Source: Lobosporangium transversale
Lineage: Eukaryota
Reading direction: 5' to 3'
NCBI RefSeq assembly: GCF_002105155.1
Contig: NW_019028981.1
Coordinates: forward strand, 1,426,001 to 1,490,000
Length of the DNA: 64,000 nucleotides
Shown here piece after piece: positions 54,755 through 64,000 of the stretch. The stretch's first letter is position 1. Each line of letters opens with the position of its first letter. The translations under genes were made by a program, and so were the position numbers. The notes beneath the pieces are model-generated. The model searched no databases. It had not been told where the DNA came from and saw only the letters and a program-made list of their open reading frames with translations.

Positions 54755-56488
54755 CTATTTGGCAGTTTGTAAAACCACTTGGCGAAGGCAAGGGGAGCCC
54801 GAAAAGTCCTCTTTGATGCCTGTTCGGTTCACTTTGATAGGGGTTCCAAAGCTCGGCCGCGTCAGGTCTGTGGGTTTTTCTAGACGGGACTTTCGACACA
54901 CTTCCATTGTTGTGATCAGCTCCTCCCTCAGGTTCAGGAATGTATTGATGGCTCCTGCTACCACAAAGAGGTCAAACTGGGACCGTGGGGCATATACCAC
55001 GGCATATTGTTTCATTATGTAGATGCCCCTTGCCACCAACTGCATGGAGTAGAGTACTCCTTCAACCCCTAAATAAAAAAAATAAAAAAAGATTGTTGCC
55101 AGTATTTTAGACATCATTAGTAAGTAGTATGGGGATATTATTGGCATACATCCTCTCAATAGACATCAAGCTCTTTTTACTTACCAACCACAACCATCCC
55201 AAACACTTTCAACTTGACAACATCAACTCGCTGCCTAGCCATGTCATCAATGGCATCCTTGAGGAGAAATGCCACCTTTTCTAGATCATTTTGAAGAGTT
55301 GCCTTCTGACTAGTTTTCTTGGCTTCCATGACATATAAAAAGCTTTTCAACCCAGGGAATTCACACTGCAGGAAGAAATCTGGCCGCCTTCCCCTACCCT
55401 CTGTCTCTATATGGGCGTTCTTCTTCCTCTGTTGTGATGGGAGGAAGATCTTGTCCCTATTGACAGGGGGTACACGCTATTAGTATCTTTTTTTTTTTTT
55501 TTTTTTTTTTGTACAATCTGCCGACTGCGTCATGTCATGTATGTACCATCGGCCAATGCCGCCCTGAATGCTGGAGATAAATGTTTTGAGGAATGGGTCA
55601 AATACATGCTGTACCATCTCAAGTTCATTAAAATCAGCATCTTTCCAAAGAAAGTCATCAGCCAGCAAGTGGTTCAAGATCTTTTTGACATCTCGATCCC
55701 CTTCCCAGTCCAAGACACAATCCTGGGCAGTAGCATAAGACATTTGACTCAACTCGATAGCATAGGATACCAGGCTCGAAATCGAGTCACTTGGTAGGAG
55801 CTTATTCAATGACATAGACGTGATAATGGCCCAGTGTGCGGCCCCAATGGCATCATAAAGGGCACTTGACGTATCTTTCGGGTCGAATAGATAGATGTGG
55901 TTTATGGCCCTAGCCAAAAAAAAAAAAAAAAAAAAAAGTAAGAGCAATGTACCTCAGAAAAAATATCTGTGACGATTGAATGAACCTGTTACTCAAATGC
56001 TTACAACTTCTCTACAGACCCAGAGAGTGCCTCGAGTTTTTTGGCCTTCTGGCAAATCATCATTCGATACTCCCAAATCTTCCCAGCAAGGTCTTCACCC
56101 TCAATGACCCACGGGGTCCAGAGCTCCTTGGAGCAATCTGAGCTGCCATTTCCCGTGAAATAGTAAATAGATGCTGCTTGGGATTTCTTTCCGCCTGGCA
56201 AGTACTCTGACCCTTCTGAGCATTGAGAAGCGCACTCGTCTGAGTCACTTTGGAAAGCACTCTCTTCTAGCTCATTATCGTCGTCGTTCTGTTCTTTATT
56301 CGCCTTCTCTTTGCCCTCCTCATCCTCCCTCTCCTTCTTATCCTTATCCAACTGCTTCTCACCCAGTTCCTCCTGCTCCGGCTTTTCCAATTCTTCAAAT
56401 GCTTTGGCATGCACCAGAAGGCCTACCGAATAGTGCCTTCTCTTTGAGCCGCTGCTTTCATAGACTGTGTCTTTTATTTATTTATTTA

Positions 56489-56520
<32 letters not shown>

Positions 56521-56981
56521 ATACACGTGAGTATTATATGGTTATGACACTGAAGACAAAAGTACAGTATTCTCAAATAGAGTATCTTACGATTGTCAAC
56601 AGCATTAAATGCTTGAGAAATATGGTGTCGGACTGAACGATATGACCTCTTTCGGACCATCATTGTGGTTGCATGGAGATCATCCTGTGCGGTTTCGGTT
56701 TCTTCTTGCTGCTTCCAGAAATCTGTCAATCCTTTACCTGGGGCCTTCCAGATTGTCGATAACCTGTTACCGCTATTATGGAACTTGGGGATACTGCTGG
56801 CACGGAGGATGTCAATTACATACCCCCAGTACCTGTGTAGGGTGGCCTTTTTGGAAGTGTGCAAGTCCGAGAAGGTTCTGAAGTAGTCAATGGCTTCATA
56901 GCGTTGTGGGTTAGTGCTCAGGAAATAAAAAACGTTCGGGATATGCGTGACATCCTTAAACGGATGGGCTGGCTTTGACAT
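54755..56981 (-). CDS. Uncharacterised 599-aa protein with a PD-(D/E)XK restriction-endonuclease-like C-terminal domain; exons 56981-56591, 56464-56005, 55909-55547, 55456-55185, 55068-54755
   Basis: Five GT-AG exons join in frame to 1800 nt with no stops. Acidic linker, then NELEMVQHVFDPFL..RW|D..GRRPDFF..VMEAKK..NDLEKV..LKDAID..VFGMVVVG. Confidence 0.78.
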
Positions 56982-57618
56982 GTTTGAAAGGGTTGATAAT
57001 AGAAAAAAGAGTTTGACAAGCGGGTCTGACAAGCAAACAAAAAAATGACTTTTTTTTTCTTTGGGACAAATTCACATCGTGGGAGTGAAATAGAATGAAA
57101 GAAAACCTTAAAACACTCTATTTTCAGGCTGGATTTACCATTTTTTTTTCCCCCAGTCTACTTGAGTGGCTTATGCACAGCGCACGAACCTTTTTTCTTG
57201 GTCGTACAATACACGAGGGAAATGGTCTGCTCATAGAGCGTCCCATGACTATAAGGTAAAAAAAAAAAAAAAAAGGACAGTAGTAGTCGGAGGTGGTGGT
57301 AGTGTGCGGCACGTACATTTGACAGCATGGTGCTCCAAGCTCTTTTTCGACTTAGCCTTCCCCTGCAGCATGCACATGTGCGACAGATAAAAAAAAAAAG
57401 CGTGTACGACGTAAAAAAAACATTTTGCCACAATGCATAACTGCATAACAAAGTCGTTCCGTAAACATTTCTATGGCGAAGACGAAAATGGTTTTCAAAA
57501 CCACATCAAACCCTTTAAAGTTCATTCTCAGCTGATGTAAATCCTTGTTGGTTCGCGAAAATCCCCTAGTGAAAGTCAATAGCTCATTTGAGCTATCCTG
57601 TATAAAGGATTTTAGAGG

Positions 57619-58047
57619 CAAGGTTCCTCGGCGTAGGGAGTACCAAGTTGGATTCCGTGTCCTACTTGACATACTAACGCGCCAACACGGCCCTCTCGCC
57701 AGTAACGAGGGATTCGTGACGGATAAAGACGCGACTTTGCAGAAGCATCCATGCAATAGCAGTCTTCTCAGAAATTCAGAAAACACACTGTTCGAGCCAG
57801 TAGAACACTCCAATGCATAACAATTGCCCATTCGACAAGCACTATGCTCATCAAAAACAAGGTTCCTCGGCGTAGGGAGTACCAAGCTGGATTCCGTGTC
57901 CTACTTAACATACTAACGCGCCAACACGGCCCTCTCGCCAGTAACGAGGGATTCGTGACGGATAAAGACGCGACTTTGCAGAAGCATCCATGCAATAGCA
58001 GTCTTCTCAGGGATTCAGAAAACACACTGCCTGAGCCAGTAGGACAC
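57619..58047. repeat. Near-identical ~190-bp direct repeat (57619-57808 and 57858-58047; period 239)
   Basis: Both copies start CAAGGTTCCTCGGCGTAGGGAGTACC and differ at only a few positions. Confidence 0.95.
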
Positions 58048-58096
58048 ACCAGTGCAATTGTGATGCCCCTCTAGATGGTTTATGCCAAACCCTATA

Positions 58097-58417
58097 CACA
58101 TCAGTTGTTGAAATCCTAGGGCGTTCTCAACACTTAGATAGTACGGCCAGGCAACGAACTAACCATCAGATCGCATCCATAACTGCGTAAGCGTTGACGC
58201 GTCAATCGCCCGGGTCGAGGAAGTAATGCATTGAACAAGGTGTATGCGTCAAACTCTGTGCACATCAGCTGTTGAAATTCTCTGGGCGTTCTCAATTCTT
58301 AGAGACTGCACTTTGCTGGACCAGACAACAGAACTGACCATCAAGCCGCATCCACGGTCGTGTAGGCACTGACGCGTCAATCGCCTAGCTTGAGAAGGCA
58401 ATGCATTAGTAAGATGT
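58097..58417. repeat. Diverged ~150-bp direct repeat (copies start 58097 and 58261)
   Basis: Shared blocks CACATCAG.TGTTGAAAT, GGGCGTTCTCAA, ACCATCA, CGCATCCA, TGACGCGTCAATCGCC and AATGCATT. Confidence 0.85.
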
Positions 58418-59499
58418 CGTGCAACCAGAGGCGGCTGAAGTGGTTGAAGAAAATCCTTTGACTTACCGGTTCATAAGAGTAGAAAGGCTGGATTGATGGT
58501 GTCCTCTGAATGGTCGCGTAGGAGGATTGAAAAAAAAAAAAAAATCGATGGAAACGAAAATTAAAAGAAGGTAAAGAAAAATTAGAAAGGGAAGAAAAAA
58601 AATAGAAAGAAAAAAAAATCAGAAAGAAAAAAAAATTACAAAAAGAAAAAATTGAAAAAAAAAAAAAAAAAAAATCGACGCGATGTGATTATTCTTTGCG
58701 GTGAAAAAATGGTTCTGTATGGAAAGGATGCCAGAAAAAAACAATGATGAGGGATTGGGGAATGGAAGTGGACTTTCATACGCGCAAGCTGATTATTCTA
58801 AAATTCAATGGTTCTGTATGAAAAAGCGAATATGGATCAAAGAACTCCAAAAACCGTTGAGACGTGTGCAACTTTTATTAAATGCAGCATATGCAACTCT
58901 TATTAAACGTAACGCGTGTAAAGCGTGCGTTAATGGGGCTGTAAACAAAAGTGACGTAATTTTAGCAGATTTAAGTGCCGGGTGGATATTTTCATTGATG
59001 TGATTAATGCGTATTTAAGAAAGGGACGCGTCAATGCTCTGCCTTGTCTTCATTCCACTTGGATATCTCACAATCATTACAAAGGGGTAGCTTCCATTCT
59101 CCAATGCTAAGAATGCTATGAATATACAAATTTCATTTTTAAGAGCCTGCATTTAAGCTTCTTCGCTTCTTTCATTGAAATGCACGTCTTGTCATTCTTG
59201 TCATGAGCAATGGTTGGAAATTTTATTCTTTCATTAATCTCGTTCTTTCCATTGCAGTTAGTTCACTTGAAAAAACTTTTCTCTTTCTGTGTCCATTTTT
59301 CAAAAATAATTAGCAAGAGACAATGTTTCTAACTCAACCTTATACCAATTAGAGTTAATCAGGTAACTCACAACTTTTTTTTTTTTGAGTGAATTCTAAA
59401 ATGGTGGCAAATGCCGTTACTAAGGTCTCCTCTCTTTTTCTTTTCTTTTTTTTTTTATTCTTCTTTAAAATGATATCAAAGGCATATCTTGAGTGGGCG

Positions 59500-60268
59500 A
59501 TAGGAATACAGGATGACAACATCAAGCGCGTCTGAATGAGGAAGTTTGCGGAGGAATTCCATTTTTACAGCAGGAGGTCAAAAAAAGTCCGCCGTACTCA
59601 ACTTCAAGAAGAATTCGCATCATTTTTTTTTTAAAAAAAAAAACCAATGCGGCTGACCTCTGCTGGGGAAGGTGAAAACTAGCCTTGGTGAAGTACCCTA
59701 CAAAGATTCAAACTAAAATCCTACAAAAAGGGCCATCGACTCGATAAAGGCAGGATATGATCAGTCAAAACTGGAATACGAGGCACATATGCCACAAGGT
59801 CTATTTTCTTTGTTGCGTGAGATCAGACGGGGATATGAAATGCGTCATACTTCTGGTCTATAATCTACTCGTACAGAGGAATGCCTTTCTTGTAAACAGA
59901 TATGGCAGGGTAGCCCCGGCCTAGAATTCTTCACCAAGGCCACCACCATCATATGAAAGCGACGATGCCGTCACTGGCACTGGCAGTAACCAGACCGGTC
60001 TAGGTGTGCTCCTAAGTAACATATCCTCTCTGAGCGAGAGAGGGCAGGAGAGGCTTGGGAGTGCACCTCAGGGCCACTTCCATCTTTATTCATAGGGTCA
60101 GATCATCATGTGACGGTCATAAGAGGACTTAATAAAAGGCTTCCGCCTGGCAACAATAATAAAGGAGCTTTTGGTCCTTGACTAACAGTCCCGGAAACGA
60201 CTCAAGCGGGAAGCAAAGGGGGGAAAGCAAAGGGACTCAGCTGAGGAATAGAGAGGCAAGGTACAGCG

Positions 60269-60303
<35 letters not shown>

Positions 60304-61600
60304 ACTTACTTGTAAAGCTATTGGTGATACACTAAGACGCGTAAAATGAGCTCAGGTCAGCCATCAGCTCATTCTTCCCTTTCATTGCTTAGGAACCCTG
60401 TAGGCATTGATCAAATTTGGTACGGATTAAGCTCCCAACCACTCACATCATTATTCTTTCCTTATCGGAATAGTGTTGTTTTTATTAATCTGGAAACTCA
60501 ACTCTATACTTTTCTTAACTCCGGCCTGCTTCTATCAAAGTCCATACCCTCTAGATGCCACGGTAGCGATTTCACGGAACAAGCCCTCCGCTTGAAGCTT
60601 CTAGCCTCAGAAGCGTAAGCACTAGCTATCGAGGTCTTCCCAATCAAAACAGCTGACGAAACATGGTCTACTTTACGAAGCCTTTGCGCTCGAGTGTCCA
60701 AACGAGGCTAGGATTACGGCTAAGTTGCAGAAGCTCTAATAATGAGGAAATGATCCCCTGGCTCAATACCTGCAGTCGAGCGTATTAGGTCTTTGACTAT
60801 CCTCCTTAATATGTATGACTTACCTTTCCCCCCTTTTTTTTTTTTTTTTTTTTTTTTTTTGTTTGTTTGTTCAGCTCCATACTCCCCATTTAAAGGCGAA
60901 GTCTCCAGTACGACATTGACGAGCGCCGTGGCTTTGGTGACTTTCCCTGGATATTCACTCGATGCGCCTTACCACCTAACAAAGTCCTGCCGTGCCATTT
61001 CAAGGCCTCTATGGTAGGTACTAAAGAATGCAAGAACGCTGACAGAGGCATGCGTACAGAGATCATGGAACGCGGACGCTTGGCTGGTGGGTCGTGCCGG
61101 AAGACCACAGCTGAAGGAAATATGTAGGCCAGAATCTTGAGCCTACAGGTGGCAGTCTTCGGCCCAGCAGCCTTCGGAGATGAGATACGGCTTTTATGGT
61201 GAGATGCTTTCGAGATAGTAAGTCAAAGAGATCAAAAGCTATAGTTACCAGGTGGGAATCTTGTATTAAGATTTCGCCATGACTGTTATACAATGACATG
61301 GCCTTATGAATAAAAATAGAAGTGAAGTACGCTCCTAAGCCCCAGTATATAGCGTATGGCCTCGGCTTTGCTGGAGCCTTTTGGCCCCACGAGATCAAAT
61401 TGGTGGTGGCCCCACTGAGGAAACAAAGCTTTAGAATGGAAATGGAGCCTGTGTCATCAGCTGTATGGAGTTTGCTCTCGCCTTGGTCACCCAAATAGAG
61501 TTGCGGCAGCAGCGTCGTTTGTGTAAACATTCCGAGCGGAATAGCCTCCTATCCCTCCTTCCTGATGAGCTTACAGTATGAATATCCATAAACAGCCCAT
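59500..61600 (-). mobile_element. Highly degenerate non-LTR (L1/Tx1-like) retrotransposon relic; boundaries approximate
   Basis: Ordered eroded RT motifs on the minus strand: KLHTADDT (61450-61470, YADD-like), SGATTN (SGAKIN-like), YWGLG, WHGRTLLGGK..VN, and a possible zf-RVT remnant near 59850. Confidence 0.5.
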
Positions 61601-61949
61601 GATATCCTGTAGTCGGCATGGAAATATGTTTTGTCTTTATTAACGAAAAATGGATCAAAACTTGAGTGTACTCTGTGGATCCACATTTTCCTCATTTATT
61701 TTCCATCTCCTACATTGCCGTCAGAAATTATAATATTATTAATAATAATAAAGCAAGCATTAGTTTATTTTTCTATTTGTGTGATGGCTCGACTTCCATG
61801 AAAGCAGCAGCGAGCTACTGGCAATCCGAAAGGTCCTAGATAAGCTGAAACCGTGCAGGATGGGCCGTAAAGAGTAGTACCATTCAATCCGGTATCATAT
61901 CTCTTAAGTATCCAATGCTGTTGGCAGTCGTCAGAGACCTGCATACACT

Positions 61950-62030
61950 ATTTGGCTATACTGCGCTTTGTCTCCAGCGCCATGAGCATAAAATGCAGAT
62001 ATCGGCTCTTTACGTCGCCAACACGACTCT

Positions 62031-62073
<43 letters not shown>

Positions 62074-63150
62074 TACAAATCTATGGCAAGAATTCAAAGG
62101 GAAGGCACCGGTTGATGGGTCTTCTGATGAGTAGCAGAACAGCAGCAGAAGGAACTGAATGTAAATAATCGATAGGGATAAAGATGATAAGGAGCAGGAG
62201 AAGGATAAAAGGGATGAAGAGTAGGACGATGATGATAATGAAGCAGAGGAGAGTGTCCCCCAAAGTGAGTAAGAGGAAAGCGCGGCGTTTGTGATGTTAT
62301 TAGGGTCATACACTTAGCCACTGTCGCGTCTGTGTCATCGGAAAAGCTCTTACCAAACAGCTCAACTTCGAGGCCGGCATCCTATGCTATTAAGTGAAGT
62401 CAAATGCCCTACGCTGCTGCTCAGGATTATGTCTTGGACTGGGAAGGGGATTGGGATGTCAAAAACATCTGGAACCATTTGCAGGCTAATGATTTCCTTT
62501 GAAAGGGTACTGATTTTAATGAACTTGAGATGGCGCAGCAAGTATTTGACTCATTCCTCAAACATTTATCTCCAGCGTTTAGAGCGGTTTGGTTGATGGT
62601 ACATATACCACATGGCACAGTCGGGAAATTGTACAAAAAAAAAAAAAAAAAAAAAAAAGGTTGCTAATGGCATGTGCCCCCTGTCAATGGGGACAAGGCT
62701 TTCCTTCCATCAAAACAGATGAAAAAGAGAGCCCTCACAGAGTTAGATGGTGAGGGAGTCGACTAGGCCCCTTTTTACAGCGCGCCTTCATGTACTTTAT
62801 CTACCGCTTGTAGCAGAGGGAAAGAGAACATGTCGAGACACTATCAATAATGGCATTAAAAAAGTTTATTCCACTCGATGATATTAGATTGAGTGCATTG
62901 CTTTTTCGAGACGAAAAAACACTTCCAGCGCGCTAAAGTATGGGGGGGTATTGATGAGGCGAAAAAGCAGCTCTGCTTTCTTCTACACTATCTACGAAGA
63001 ATACTATATTCGGGATGGACAAGGTAATTGCTACAAATTTGTCATTGGAGTAAATCTACGTTTTTTTTTTTTTTTTTTTTTTTAAATAAAAAAAAAGGCT
63101 AAAGTAACTGGGTAGCTAGGCAACCCGTAAAGGGCCATTTACATTAATGT
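61950..63150 (+). pseudogene. Degenerate paralog of the 54755-56981 nuclease-like gene, in opposite orientation
   Basis: AQDYVLDWEGDWDVKNIWNHLQANDFL*KGTDFNELEMAQQVFDSFLK aligns with AQDCVLDWEGDRDVKKILNHLLADDFLWKDADFNELEMVQHVFDPFLK. The intron end CCCCCTGTCAATGG|GGACAAG is conserved, with AG mutated to GG. Confidence 0.85.
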
Positions 63151-63496
63151 CCACCATCGAACGGAATCCAATCCGGATGATGCTTCTTTGAGGTAGATGA
63201 GGGGGCTGAGAGTATCCTCACCCTGATTTTCAGATCCACGACGCGGAACAAATTACAAAGCTGACTTTTATTTGCCCTCAGGATATCCTGACTTCCTGTA
63301 TCTTGTGATATATGGCTTTGTTATTTGTTTTCTGCGTGTGAAGTATTCAAAAGGATATATGTAACGTTTATGACTAATAAATAATAACAATAATATATAA
63401 AAAGATGTAGTGGTATGTATAAAAATACACTGTTTTCCTCAATCTGCTCTATTGACCTTCCTCTCTCTTCTTGGCCTCGTTTCGTATTTTTGCATT

Positions 63497-64000
63497 TTAG
63501 ATTTTGATGTTGCCGAGATCAAACACTTCATAGTCCTTGGGGTAAGCACCTTTGCTCAGCTTCCTCTGTGAAGCTACAACGATTTTATAGACGCCAGATG
63601 GTAAGCTAGTAGGCTTTGTCGAAGTCTTGGACCCCATAACCTGACCTTCCCACATCCAGGACCCAAAGACAAGTTTACCTTCTTTTTGCGACAAGTCTCT
63701 GCCACGGGGGTCGCGCGCTGTACCAGCCTTGGTGTGAAGGTATCCTTTAAAAGCATTTTCGGAGTCATAGACACGGATCTCTCCTGAAGGTGTATGTGAG
63801 CCTAGGCGAGTTAGGATCACAGGGATCGTCTCTGTCAAGTCAAAGTAGTAGACACCCCCGTCTGGTACCTTAGTTAGGTTACCAGTCTTGGCATCCAAAG
63901 CAAGCAAGGTCGGGAATCCAAGATCAGTGTCCATGATAGGAACCTCGGAAACGTCTCCCTTCAGGCCAATGTAAGGGACGTTTACAGGAACACCGCCCTT
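63497..64000 (-). CDS. C-terminus of a probable S8 subtilisin-like protease (Fn3-like region); gene continues beyond the window
   Basis: Open to the window edge: VNVPYIGLKGD..VPIMD..GFP..RLGSHTP..W.G.V..LPSGVYKIVVASQRKL..YP.DYE. No catalytic residues lie inside the window. Confidence 0.6.
   Translation of the reverse strand, partial: KGGVPVNVPYIGLKGDVSEVPIMDTDLGFPTLLALDAKTGNLTKVPDGGVYYFDLTETIPVILTRLGSHTPSGEIRVYDSENAFKGYLHTKAGTARDPRGRDLSQKEGKLVFGSWMWEGQVMGSKTSTKPTSLPSGVYKIVVASQRKLSKGAYPKDYEVFDLGNIKI

Noticed and set aside
57619..58417. Direct repeats near a nuclease gene read as a CRISPR array
   Set aside because: Only two copies of each unit, 150-190 bp long, no repeat-spacer periodicity, no cas genes, and a eukaryotic context.

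Overview
AT-rich, intron-rich eukaryotic DNA with many long poly(A)/poly(T) tracts. It is most likely an early-diverging fungus (Mortierellaceae-like; this is an inference). Recognisable housekeeping genes: STIMATE-family membrane protein (partial), O-methyltransferase, SRSF10-like SR protein, GND1, a RasGEF, CIA1, oligopeptidase B, cytosolic LeuRS, U1-C, initiator tRNA-Met, SFT2, a CUE-AlkB-GRF protein, NDUFV1, NudE and the 3' end of a subtilase. Accessory content: a decayed NLR-like Arm/WD40 pseudogene, a 587-bp Mutator-type MITE (21-bp TIRs, 9-bp TSD), a LINE relic and nested direct repeats. Three observations stand out. (1) Three members of an uncharacterised PD-(D/E)XK-like nuclease family share intron positions; one is an intact 599-aa gene and two are decayed. 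(2) The SRSF10-like gene has a long GA-rich intron at the position of the animal poison-exon intron. (3) Three consecutive NudE introns carry strong base-pairing potential. Gene models were spliced by eye and no database searches were run.
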